A stretch of DNA of 64,000 nucleotides from the NCBI GenBank assembly GCA_040285825.1, contig JAUPSS010000003.1, positions 496,001-560,000 on the forward strand, given 5' to 3'. Below the pieces are notes generated by a model. That model had not been told where the DNA came from and did no database searches. It saw only the letters and a program-made list of their open reading frames with translations. This document shows, one piece after another, positions 1 through 10,956 of the stretch. Origin of the DNA: Eukaryota sp. TZLM1-RC (lineage: Eukaryota; Protista; Metamonada: BaSk clade). Both the position numbers and the translations under genes were made by a program. Within the stretch, counting starts at the first letter, position 1; each line of letters begins with the position of its first letter.

Positions 1-3000
1 TATAAACGAACAAAAGATTATCAACAACAACAACTACATCTCCAGTAGTAGTAAAGCCTTTGAGTAGAGGAGTTTGAGGTGAAGAAAGACCACTGGTGAG
101 TGGTAAGGAGAGTGTTCGAATTGGGATCAGACGGAAAGAGTCCCATAAAGTGACTGTAAATGCATCATCGCAAGTAACAATAACATTGTAATTAGAAACA
201 ACATGGATTGCGCATACTGTACAACCAGAGAGCCGGAGACAGCCCACAAGCGAAGGACATACAATGTTACCCAAACAACCTGAATTACCCTTAAACAAAC
301 ATTTTTCGACGTCATAAACCTTAATAACAGAGCCAAGGACAACAAACAATCTATTACCATCAATGGCGAGAACATTATCTAGGTTTGAGCAACAGCTATC
401 AATGGAGTCAAAAAATAAATCATTAAAGTAGATGAAAAAAGTTGTTTTTGGTTTCGACTTTTGAACAACATAAAGTATTAAAGAATTACAGCATTTAATT
501 AGAGTTAGACAAAAGTCGATATTGAAGATCTTGACCATTACTGAATCCTCTTTCCTATAATACACCACATCATCCTCTATCCAATAGAGGCCAGTGATGT
601 TGGTATCGAGTTTGATTTTATTGACCACTTTCAGACGGTCTAAACTGGTCAAAGGGCTCCCTGACTGACATGTGGGTACTTTCCGTCGAGAAGGATGAGG
701 CCGAGGAAACAGTTGAATCGGCATCTGGCCATAATTCATAATCTGAACTTGACGAGCTTCACTCATAACACAGTCCTGGTCCTGGTCTTTTGCACTTTCT
801 TTGGAGTTTTGGAACTTTTTGATTCTACTTTTGCCATAAGTGAGTGGATGGAAAACATTGACAGATTCCACGGCAAATTTACCCCTCTGTTTATAACCAA
901 AAACTAAATCAATCCAATGTGGAAGGTACTGTGAAACCAGAGGACTTTCAAGGGCTTTCCTATGGAGAAAAACAAACTCTCTGGCATTACGGGCCCACAA
1001 AGGCAACTTGACATCATCGACAGGCTGCTGATTTTGTCGAACTCCAAGCTCCAGGCCGAGAGAATTCAAAAGTGATTCATCGTTATAAAACAATTCCGGA
1101 ACCAGCTCTTTAACATCTTGCATAGAAGTCATCCCATTACCAGATACACCACCCCAAGTGAGGGTAATGTCATGAAACAGTCTGTCTGGAAGATCGTATT
1201 TGCCATCATTGAGAGAGCGGTGGAGAGTTGCAAAGGGCTCTAGCCTGACCAAATAGTATAGAGCAGTAGATGCATTCGAAAAGTGAGATCCATAATGATA
1301 GGGAGTTTCGTCCATCGACAGAAGCTCATAATAACGCTCAATAAATCTTTGCATTCTGACTGGATCTTGTGCTCCAATAGGTTTGGTTAGATCACGGTAG
1401 AAACCAGGGTTGGAGAGGTCAAAATTTGAGGAATTATGATCCTTAATAATGACAGGAAAAACTGGATACTGTGTCACGTCATGAAAAGATCGTCCTGCAG
1501 CTTGATTGAGCCTTAATAGATACTCAAAATTTGTAAGCCTGCCTTCAATCCAATCTCGAGTCGTCGACTCAGTTTTAAGAGTCTCTCTGTGCTCGCCTTC
1601 CTTTTCTACCCCGTCATCTTGTTTAGAGCTTGATGACGTATGATTACGTGCCAAATGATTAGTGATTGAATCAAAGGCGGCGTCCCTTGTTGCGGTGCAC
1701 TCAAATGCAATCAAAAAAGAAATACAAGCTGATCCTTTCTTGCCAAATATTTCCAAGGCCTTGTCATCTAGCAAAAAGGTTCTCTTGTAAGCTCCCAAGA
1801 TTTCAGTATATCTATAGGAAAACCAATGACCCCCAGTCTGTACATACGCGGTGTTGATGCTCTCATCAGGAACAAGCGGCGACCACCAATCAATCAGCTC
1901 TGGTCCATTACATCCAGATTCATCATAAGAAGAGAGAAAATTCATAGCCTGGGAAGAGCAATGTTGGTGTAGTGGACGGAAATGTAATGAATCTTGGGAC
2001 AGCAAAAGCTCGCCATTCACCTTTCCAAAAATTGAAACTTTGACACAGGGATGTGCTTCACCTGTCTTGTCAACTAGCAAGATATCACCAATGTTGTTAC
2101 ATGAATTATGTCCAAGATCTACTGGTTGGTTTACACTGTAAGCACTGTTGACATCAAGTTCAAGGCGGGGATAAACCCCATTGCATTCAGTTGGATCAAC
2201 CTTGAACGAAATTTTTGGAGGATCGAATTTGATGAGCTCCTTCTCGTCACAACAACGTGTCAAAGAATCCCACAAAACCAAATTTTTATGTTGAATAGTA
2301 AGGTTAACCGCACTGGCTCTGATAGCACGAGCACTCTTTCTTTTGGAAGACCTTTGAGCAAAAGTGGCATAAATTTGGAAGGACTTTTGTATAAATCCAT
2401 CAACAAGCTTTTTTGCTGAAATCTTTTGATTTTCATATGAGTCATTATCAACCTTGCTAAATTCATGATTACCAAGAGTTTTCAAAGCTTCTAACCGCAA
2501 AGTTTCTTGGCGTGTGAATGCAGTTTGAAGTCTTTCAGACCAAATTTGATTTCCCTTGAATCCTACATCAATAAGCAAAGGAGTCAAAATGCTTTGAAGA
2601 GGCCCAAAGCCTTGTGACCAGGTAAGAGGTAAAGACTTTGCAATTCTGACAAACTGAGTTTTTTGGTTCCTGGACAGTGATTTTTTAACACTAGGGGTAG
2701 TGACAATTGTTAAAACCAATGACCTAAATAAGTGAAATGCCACTGAAAGCACTTCTTCTTCCAACCCAGATGAATTCAAAAGAAAATTCAACTTAAACAG
2801 AACAGTAGTCGTGAAATTTTCCAGAATCAAAACTTTTTCAATCAAAACACGTCTAATTTCCCCCGATGGAATTAAATGTGCCTTAAGAATTGGTAAACAA
2901 TTCCTAATGCAGTGAGCAGATGTGGAAGCATAAAACAAAACACAAAGGACAATGGAGCCATAAACATCACAGATTGCTTTGGAGAGAGCAGAGACATTTG

Positions 3001-6000
3001 AATTGATAATAAATGTGGAGTAATTGGTAGCTGATAGTATTGTGCCTATCGATGAAGATCTCGACCTAGAAGGCGATGAACTCAATGAAGAATTCAATGT
3101 TGAAGTCATTGCACCAGAATGACCATGACCGTTGATGATGGAAAAGGAAGCAGTGAGGGCTTGCAAAATAATGAGACAAATATCAGAAAACTTTTGACAC
3201 AAGCAATCTTGCCCTTCTTCACCTTCTTTTAAACTAAATGCTGAATTAAAAAACAAAGAAGAAGATGAAGGATTCCAGCGAACAATTCTCGGCAGAATAT
3301 CTACAGAAATAGTAAGTAAATCTCTTATAGAGGGTAAAACCAAATCTTGGCTGGTGCAAGTGGTTATGGAATCATAAAGAACTGATAAATACCTCTTGAA
3401 AAACAAATACTCAATGGATATTACAGAGTGATGAGGGACAATTCCTCGCAAGGAAAGTGAATTGAGAAATAAGGGAAACAGGCAAGGTTCTGACTGGTCA
3501 ACAATGCCAAAATCTTCAAGAATTTTTTTAAAAAACTTATAATCACCTAGGTTCAGGTCAAAGATGGTCAATGCCGATGATGGAAAGTCACACATCAACA
3601 CACAGTCAGAAACAAGGTCAAAAAGCAGCTGAAAAGTGTCAAAGCAATCAACATACAGAGCATCGGTACACGTGTTCGAATTCTTTATACAATCCAGTAA
3701 GCCAAAGAGCGTGCAACAGGTTGAAACAAGATACAAAAAGGGTTTAGACCCTGATTTTTTCCCGGCAATTCCTGATTCAATCAAACCCTTGACCTCACTT
3801 GACTGATTGTTCATTTTGATTGACGTCACGTGATCTTTACCAGTCAAGCAAGAAGCTGAACAAGCCAGTGTTAAAAACAAGTCAGGTATCCCTCCTAAAC
3901 CATCCCGAAGAGAGTGGGTAAAAGAACGAATTACTGGCAAAACTTTAATTAATTCTGATGAAAATCCGATAAATTCTGGTCTTAAAGACTTGACACCATT
4001 AAGTAAAGCCCCACAAACTGTGGTGAGACAGAAAGGATTTATGCTGTCTGATGTCACTAGTAGGGTAAGAACGTCGCGTAAGTATGTACAATTAACTGAA
4101 AAAGAAGAAAAAACACTGCTTAAATGGTTATAACCATTAATTGAATGGAATTTGGCAGAAAATTCTTTTTCGTGTAAAAGTAAATTAATCAAAGATATCA
4201 AACCTGGGAACAACGCTCCTGAATCAGGTAATAAAGCTACCAGGAGCTTCAAAGGGTGTAGAGATAGAAAATGTGGAATCAATTGCTTGAAATCTTCTAA
4301 ATGTTTTCTTATTACCTCTAACAATTGACGACCCAATAGAGATTGAGAATCATTATCAGAAGGTTGGTGCTCAGAACCACTCTCACATTCAGGAGAGCTT
4401 TCTGGTGAAGGGGACTGTCGAGAGTAATTCACAGGGAAAACAAATAGGTAACACGGGTGATTGGAAAGAGCACAACGAAAATACAGCGAGAGCATAATTG
4501 TTTCAGAGATCTTGGCCTTGAGATTTCTATCATTTGAAATGACCTGTTTCAAGCCTTCTACTGGGTGGTGTTTGAGCGCTCCTTTACGCAAAGTCTCTAC
4601 CAAATCATCGAAACATTCAAGCTTGTGGTAAACAAAATCACATAGGGCGCAACTGGAATCTTGCTCGTATTTACAGGTGCAGACAGCAATGGAGTCAAGA
4701 ATGGCTGAGATAGGGGAGATGAGGTCCAAGTCAATTACCTTGGTGGAGAAACAAATTCTAATGATGAAATCAACAAAGTTAATACTGAAAAGTCGTTTTC
4801 TATTAAAAATAAACAACCTGAAGCAACAATCACAAAACTGACTAGTTTTTAGGGTAAAATCTGTCTTATTTGACCGAAAAGACAAGACAGAAGAGCTTCT
4901 GCTTATAGAAGGAGAGGTGTTATTTGAACTAAATGATGACGTGACCGGTCTTGGTGAGTCAATGGGTGAACTGAGTCTATCAAGTCTATTATAAAGTGGA
5001 CTTCTGGAAGATTTTGCCGGAGATTTAGTCGAATAACGCGAAATAACTGGCAAGCAAGCAGCAATTGAAGAAAGAGCAGCCACCAAATCACTTGCTCTGG
5101 ATAGTTTCCTATTCCACAGCTCCCATGAAAAAATTATTCGAAGGTTTCCTTCTTCGTAAATCAATCCTGTAGATTGATTGCAATCACAAAGATAATCAAA
5201 AGTGATTGAAGACCCTAGAACAGACTTGATAAACGATGACCTTGGATTACTGGCTAGAGAAAGAAAAACTGAATGTAAGTGTCGAGAAAAAAACTCCAAA
5301 CGTAACCTAAAACTGCTCTGAGTTACCTTAAACAAAACATCTGCGGAAAGAGAATTAGGTATTGCACAACATTTGACAAAAGAATCAAGAAAATTATAAT
5401 CATACAAATGTGAAATCAAATCAAAATGATTGATTGGATTTTGATTGATTGATGGAGTAATCACATAATCAACTGATTGCTTACTGACTGTTCTTACTTC
5501 TGGGGCCTTGGTGACCTCTCCTGAAGGTAAAATCAATTCAGAAATACTCTTAAAATTAAAAACAAATAGAGGAGCCGAATTTGACTCAAATAAGAAATTG
5601 CAACTTCTTAAATTATTGAATTCCTCATCCAAAAAGACCCTATTTAAAACACTTGAGCTTGAATTGGCAACAGAAAACAAACCGATTCTGTTGCAGTAAT
5701 CTGGTCTGGTGGCACTAACAACACCATCTGAGCAGAGACTGAGAGGATGTGTAGTAGAAAGGGGAGAGGAGCACGTGATGACGTGTAAAAGGTCAATATT
5801 GAGGGGTTTATTGAACATTGTAGAAGAAAAAACATCAACAGCAAAATTACTTTTGCCCTGACCATCGTGATCTATTATTGACCGTATCACGTGATTATGA
5901 CCTGAAAAGGGGAAACTTATTGGAATTGATGAAATCAACTGTGTTCCAATGAATAAAGCCAGGTTATTGGGCTGGTGAATCACACTTACTAGACTATATT

Positions 6001-7096
6001 TGTTCAATAAGCTTGAAATAGGCAAATTAAAAGATATACCATCCAGTGGAAATTTCAAAGAAGGATCCAATGACGGAGAATGCCTTAGGAAGGAGTGGCC
6101 ATATGTAAGTGAAAGCCTACAATTGGTACTATTATTGACAAGCACCAGAGAAATATCCAGAATTAACTTGTTAGATTCGGTAGCAAGGTTTAACAAACTC
6201 AAGGAAAAAGAGGATGTTGATTGGTCAGAATTAGGAAAACTTTTGACCTTGATTAATGAGCTAAAAGTCCATCCTTTTGGACCAGGAAAGGGCACAGGAC
6301 CAAACGCTGGGAATTCAAGAGAAATGTTTTTAGAAAAGTCAAAGCAAAGCCCCTGATCATCAATGAAATCTCCAAAGCGAACAGAATCTCTAAACTCTGT
6401 GCAATGTAATAGTAAACTTCCAGTAATGTCGATTGGCAAAGGATCAAGACCATAAAAACCGGTGTAATCGGTATAACCATTAGGGTAACAAGGGAGGGGA
6501 TTCGTAGAGAAGCTTTGAAAAAGATAAAAAGCCAAACTCTTTGGACAGTTCGTTTTACAAATTCCACCAAGAATAGAGAGAATACCAGTGGATAGAGGAG
6601 AGGAGAGAGATTTAGTGAGAATTCTACAACAGGTAGCTGAAATCAAATGTAAATGATCATCATTAAAGACAATATTGGAATGAAGAGCAATGTCAAGAAG
6701 AGAAAGGAATGAATTGACCAGTAAAGAAGTGGGTGACAAGGCAAACAGAGAAATGTTGTCCTCAACAACAAGAAAGAATGTGCAGAGTAGATCGGGGTTC
6801 ATTGGGGAGAGGGAAGGCTGAGGAAGTTTTGGTAGGTCCTTTACATGGTCTATACATGCACAGATGGATAGAGAATATAAAGAACAGGGATCAAGGAGAG
6901 AAGAGAGAACCGTGTAGAGGAAGCAAGAGCAACCACGTGTAGATCTGATGAGGGACTGGTGTAGAACAGAACGAAAAGCTGGAATATGTGTGTCGAAATC
7001 AACAGAATCAATGTAGTCCTTAATTGCAGGTAGGGAAGGACAAGGGCGGTGATAACAAGATGTATATGGAAGATTAACTATGTCCAGACAGTTCAT
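1..7096 (-). CDS. BEACH-domain protein (PH-BEACH-WD40, neurobeachin/LYST-like), >2360 aa, 3' end outside the window
   Basis: Manual translation from ATG 7096 (MNCLDIVNLP). The same frame gives BEACH motifs TNFEYLLRLNQAAGRSFHDVTQYPVFP, RDLTKPIGAQ, HYGSHFSNA, DVKELVPELF and WIDLVFGYKQRG (~890-1560) and WD40-like VTLWD (~140). It is missing from the ORF track, consistent with no stop inside the window. Confidence 0.92.
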   Translation of the reverse strand, partial: MNCLDIVNLPYTSCYHRPCPSLPAIKDYIDSVDFDTHIPAFRSVLHQSLIRSTRGCSCFLYTVLSSLLDPCSLYSLSICACIDHVKDLPKLPQPSLSPMNPDLLCTFFLVVEDNISLFALSPTSLLVNSFLSLLDIALHSNIVFNDDHLHLISATCCRILTKSLSSPLSTGILSILGGICKTNCPKSLAFYLFQSFSTNPLPCYPNGYTDYTGFYGLDPLPIDITGSLLLHCTEFRDSVRFGDFIDDQGLCFDFSKNISLEFPAFGPVPFPGPKGWTFSSLIKVKSFPNSDQSTSSFSLSLLNLATESNKLILDISLVLVNNSTNCRLSLTYGHSFLRHSPSLDPSLKFPLDGISFNLPISSLLNKYSLVSVIHQPNNLALFIGTQLISSIPISFPFSGHNHVIRSIIDHDGQGKSNFAVDVFSSTMFNKPLNIDLLHVITCSSPLSTTHPLSLCSDGVVSATRPDYCNRIGLFSVANSSSSVLNRVFLDEEFNNLRSCNFLFESNSAPLFVFNFKSISELILPSGEVTKAPEVRTVSKQSVDYVITPSINQNPINHFDLISHLYDYNFLDSFVKCCAIPNSLSADVLFKVTQSSFRLRLEFFSRHLHSVFLSLASNPRSSFIKSVLGSSITFDYLCDCNQSTGLIYEEGNLRIIFSWELWNRKLSRASDLVAALSSIAACLPVISRYSTKSPAKSSRSPLYNRLDRLSSPIDSPRPVTSSFSSNNTSPSISRSSSVLSFRSNKTDFTLKTSQFCDCCFRLFIFNRKRLFSINFVDFIIRICFSTKVIDLDLISPISAILDSIAVCTCKYEQDSSCALCDFVYHKLECFDDLVETLRKGALKHHPVEGLKQVISNDRNLKAKISETIMLSLYFRCALSNHPCYLFVFPVNYSRQSPSPESSPECESGSEHQPSDNDSQSLLGRQLLEVIRKHLEDFKQLIPHFLSLHPLKLLVALLPDSGALFPGLISLINLLLHEKEFSAKFHSINGYNHLSSVFSSFSVNCTYLRDVLTLLVTSDSINPFCLTTVCGALLNGVKSLRPEFIGFSSELIKVLPVIRSFTHSLRDGLGGIPDLFLTLACSASCLTGKDHVTSIKMNNQSSEVKGLIESGIAGKKSGSKPFLYLVSTCCTLFGLLDCIKNSNTCTDALYVDCFDTFQLLFDLVSDCVLMCDFPSSALTIFDLNLGDYKFFKKILEDFGIVDQSEPCLFPLFLNSLSLRGIVPHHSVISIEYLFFKRYLSVLYDSITTCTSQDLVLPSIRDLLTISVDILPRIVRWNPSSSSLFFNSAFSLKEGEEGQDCLCQKFSDICLIILQALTASFSIINGHGHSGAMTSTLNSSLSSSPSRSRSSSIGTILSATNYSTFIINSNVSALSKAICDVYGSIVLCVLFYASTSAHCIRNCLPILKAHLIPSGEIRRVLIEKVLILENFTTTVLFKLNFLLNSSGLEEEVLSVAFHLFRSLVLTIVTTPSVKKSLSRNQKTQFVRIAKSLPLTWSQGFGPLQSILTPLLIDVGFKGNQIWSERLQTAFTRQETLRLEALKTLGNHEFSKVDNDSYENQKISAKKLVDGFIQKSFQIYATFAQRSSKRKSARAIRASAVNLTIQHKNLVLWDSLTRCCDEKELIKFDPPKISFKVDPTECNGVYPRLELDVNSAYSVNQPVDLGHNSCNNIGDILLVDKTGEAHPCVKVSIFGKVNGELLLSQDSLHFRPLHQHCSSQAMNFLSSYDESGCNGPELIDWWSPLVPDESINTAYVQTGGHWFSYRYTEILGAYKRTFLLDDKALEIFGKKGSACISFLIAFECTATRDAAFDSITNHLARNHTSSSSKQDDGVEKEGEHRETLKTESTTRDWIEGRLTNFEYLLRLNQAAGRSFHDVTQYPVFPVIIKDHNSSNFDLSNPGFYRDLTKPIGAQDPVRMQRFIERYYELLSMDETPYHYGSHFSNASTALYYLVRLEPFATLHRSLNDGKYDLPDRLFHDITLTWGGVSGNGMTSMQDVKELVPELFYNDESLLNSLGLELGVRQNQQPVDDVKLPLWARNAREFVFLHRKALESPLVSQYLPHWIDLVFGYKQRGKFAVESVNVFHPLTYGKSRIKKFQNSKESAKDQDQDCVMSEARQVQIMNYGQMPIQLFPRPHPSRRKVPTCQSGSPLTSLDRLKVVNKIKLDTNITGLYWIEDDVVYYRKEDSVMVKIFNIDFCLTLIKCCNSLILYVVQKSKPKTTFFIYFNDLFFDSIDSCCSNLDNVLAIDGNRLFVVLGSVIKVYDVEKCLFKGNSGCLGNIVCPSLVGCLRLSGCTVCAIHVVSNYNVIVTCDDAFTVTLWDSFRLIPIRTLSLPLTSGLSSPQTPLLKGFTTTGDVVVVVDNLLFVY

Positions 7097-7316
7097 TATC
7101 TCTCTTGTTGGGAGATGTATGTAGTTGATGTGTTTATTAAATTTGCTTTATTTTTCACTATGACTATGCCAACTATGACTAGATTTTACTAGTCAGTAAT
7201 CAAGGAAAACTTAAATTGAACCCACTGAAATTGATATAACCCTCATGGGATTGGCTGTCATTTCAAGGAAGAATTATCAAATTAAAAACCCAAAACATGA
7301 AATCCATTTTCATCAT

Positions 7317-10179
7317 GCTTCATTGATTATCAATACTTCAAATCTGTTTCTTTTGAGAAATTGAATTCATCCAATTCCTCGTGCAGGTCGTTGATGTGTT
7401 GAATTTTTAAAAACGTTTTTAACCACACAGTAGTATTAAAGTGTCTTCTGGGTTGTCAAACAGTTGAACAAGATTTTTGAACAACCAACTTTCAGTCTTT
7501 TGCTTGTGAATAAAAGCTTGTATTTTATGAATGATCCACAAGTCAAAACTGTAAAAGTCAATTGTCAAAAAATTTGCCGAAGTTTGGCAACCACAAAGTT
7601 GGAAAAATCCTAAAATGTTGCTGAATTGGCAGCTGATGCAGATAATTCAGTGTTTGCATCTTCAATTGTCATTCCGTTAGACTCTATCATTTGGTTCTTG
7701 TTGTATTCTACCTCAGTATACTTTGTCTCCCATCGTGTTTGTTTCTCATGCATCCTACTTATCAAAGGCCAGGACATCTGAGTCATTCTCAATTATTTGA
7801 ATTTCTTGTCTTGATTCATCACCCGACTATTTCTTTGCTGTTCAGTTTCATGTTTAAGCACCATAACTAATTGCTGATCCGTTTTTTTACTCCCAAAAAA
7901 CAATAAATGACGTTTTCCAGAATTTTGCCTTGAAAAGTATCAACAACAACATCATCAAGTTATAAATCAGAAATATGAGCCTTGCTGTCTGGCTTACGGT
8001 TCTGACTTTGTAAATTATGACGAAGATTCTACAAATTCTAATATTCTATTAAATTTTAATTTTTATCTGTGTGGATAATGTTGTTGAATTTATAAATCTT
8101 TTGTTTGAACATTGGTTTGTTTAAATCAAGAAAATTAGATCATAAGTAAGATTGCCCAGATGGTTTGAGTCTATGAACTTGGTCTTGTGTATTGACCATT
8201 TTTAATCTCTGATCTGGCAACAATTCATCCATCAATGTTTGTCTAATGATTGTCCATATTGTTTTTGTATTATTATGAAAATATCCTGGACATACAGTGG
8301 TTGAAACAGAAGAATTATGATATGGTTTTTTCTCTCTCCTGGTGATATATTGGGCAATTGTAATTGCTGGTTTTAGAAATATTTGATGATCTTTTTCAAC
8401 AGCATTTGCAAGAAAATGTGTATCCACTGGAAATATGTTATTAACTAAACTCTGGTAAGTGACCAAATTCTCGATTTGACAAGTCAATGGCTCAATAAGA
8501 CCTTCAAATATGTCTGTGAGTTCATTATTTCTTATATCATGTTGTTCACATAAATCGAAAAATTCATCAATTGGAAGGTCTGAAATATTTTCTGGATGAT
8601 GAAACAAAGAACTCAAGCAATTTCTGTCATCAACTAAAAACAAGTTTTTGAATCGACGAAGCCTAAATCTATATAGTGAAGTAATTGTAGATAATGACGT
8701 TTAGTATCCACGCAGCTTTCGCATTTCTGAAAACACATTTTTCAAATATGGTTTGTCAAAATACACATTAATAAAACAATTGATATGTTTTTCATAATTT
8801 AATTTCTAATCATTCTCAAATTTGGGAAACATTAATGGGGCCATATACTGAGGTGGTCTACTGAAGCAATCAGTTGGAAATCGTGAAAACTGTTCAGGCT
8901 TGTGTCTTAAGTGATCAAGCTAACTCAATGTTTTGTTTAACTTATGTTGCTCAAAGGTAGTTCTTAAAGTATAAACTCCTTCAGCATAAACAAAGTCTTC
9001 AAGATTCTGTGGAAATGCAGTTCTTGGTTTTACTATTTTTTGCCCATAATACTCGGCTGAAATATAACGAATTCTGGCCATTAATGATTCATATAATTTG
9101 ACAGAAATTCGTGGTAATAGTAAATTACGTTCAAATCGGGACTGTAAATACAGCTTCAAGCAACATGTAGTATGAATTCGTAACTGTTGAAATTTTGAAG
9201 CAGTTTTTTTCAATTTGAGTACCACATTTGAATGTTTAACGATTGAGTTGACGGCGACATGAATGGTTTTATAAGATAATAAAATAAATTAAATTTTCTG
9301 AAACAACATGAAAAGTTTCAGACAAAGGATACAATCATGAAGCCCATATTGAATTAAATTTTGTCTCAATGGAAAATACGCTAAACAACTTAATAAAATA
9401 AGGGTAAATTTTTGATGAAGTTCGATCTTCTTTTCACAAATCATTTTATATGCCAAAATGCCTAAACCAAAATCGTATTGAATTTTGATGAATTACTTTG
9501 CAAAAACAGTGTGTCTAAAAGAGAAAAGCCTTTTTTCCTGATGCAACTTCTTTCCATCTTGGTAAAAGTTGATTGAGTACATCAATTGCTGAATCATCTG
9601 GAACAATGGAAAATGGTAAATCAAAATAATTTAATCGATTTTTCATAATTTGTAATTCGAGCTGCGTTAAATTGTGATCAAAAAGCAATGAGGTTGATGA
9701 TTACAAATTATGTTTAAAGACCTACGAAGCAAGGTTTTTTCGTCAGACATTATTTCTGCATGTATATCCATTTCGATAACAGGTAATCTGGTAATTTGAG
9801 GGCTTAATCTCAATACAAGTGAATACTTACTTTCCAAAAAGAAATTATGGCGGTCAAACCTTTCAACAACGACTGAAATTAAAAATCTTTTTGATCTGAG
9901 ATCCACTCATCCATTTGCTCATCAGTTTTTCTTTTCAAAAAATTTACACCCTCTTTTCTCTTTTTGGTAATTTTCATCAGGAGGGAGAAATTGGTTATCA
10001 TGATTGTGGTAAAGTTGGTCATCCTGAGAGGTTTCAAGATCAAAGCACATAGCAGTGGGAAGATTTGAATTTGTGGTCATTCATTTGAATTGAATCAAAG
10101 GATCAGGCTTGAAGCCAATAAGACTTAGCTCAATTTTTTTGCCCATACTCAGTTTCAATGGTTTCTTTGTCAAAATCTA
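7317..10179 (-). mobile_element. Fanzor1 family A copy 1 (exonuclease-Fanzor), pseudogenised, truncated at both ends
   Basis: Reverse-complement homolog of 27535-32050. ORF pieces 9667-9906, 8920-9225, 8140-8643 and 7610-7792. Contains MCFDLET, QYGLHDC, RIHTTCCLKLYLQ and EVLIINEA. Homology stops after the RuvC-II Glu. Confidence 0.85.
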
Positions 10180-10890
10180 AACCAACTTTGTTTTATGTTT
10201 AATAATTTTAGAATTTTCGGCAACAGACACCGGATTCTTGTGATTTGACTGAGCTAATGGTATGAAAGAATTATAACACACATCAGTTGATCTCACAACA
10301 GTAATGATAGTGGTACCATCAAGTCCTTCAAGCATTAAATCACCTTTGTTACGATTAAAAGAAGTCAAAGTGTCCTCATCAACCAAACGAGAAAGGAATG
10401 GTTCCAAATAGGAGACAAATTTTTGAGACTTAGACATACAAAAGAGCTGATCTCTAACTACATCATGGACTTTTGATCGAAAAGTAATAAAATGTTTACA
10501 GTTAAACAAATGATTTGGAGAAATGATAATAGAAATGATCCACATTTGTAAAGTAAATTATGAGGAACGTTTTTGAACCCAAATTAAACATCGAAGGCGC
10601 ATTGTACAAGAAAATGTGGTATCATCTAAAAGAAGACCATAAATTTGAAGAATTTGAGGAATTAAACAAAATGAAGAACTATTTTGAGTATCTAACAAAA
10701 AATTTGCGAAAGCGGGATTATCACTTTTGGTCGAGCCAAGACGAACATTAAAATCCAACCCTTCACAAACTATTGTTAATTTTTGTTGCAATTTTTTAAC
10801 ACAATTCCTCAAGTTAACTATTGTTCTAGGTGGTATTTCCTGCACATTATCGGGAAAGCATTTACTCCAGATTTCAGGAGGTAAACAATA
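10180..10890 (-). mobile_element. CRE-like non-LTR retrotransposon fragment (post-RT, CCHC and RLE region), diverged subfamily
   Basis: ORFs 10558-10845 and 10177-10545 align to 29246-30754 (KKLQQKL, NPAFANFL, HLFNCKHFITFRSKVHD, LEPFL, KGDL). Confidence 0.85.
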
Positions 10891-10956
10891 GTTACGAAGA
10901 GTTGTTAAAGTGATGAAGTTTTAAAACAATCATTTCTTCCTTCAACAATATTGTAT

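Noticed and set aside
127-6942. Many short ORFs in the ORF track
   Set aside because: They are antisense or off-frame shadows of the single BEACH ORF.
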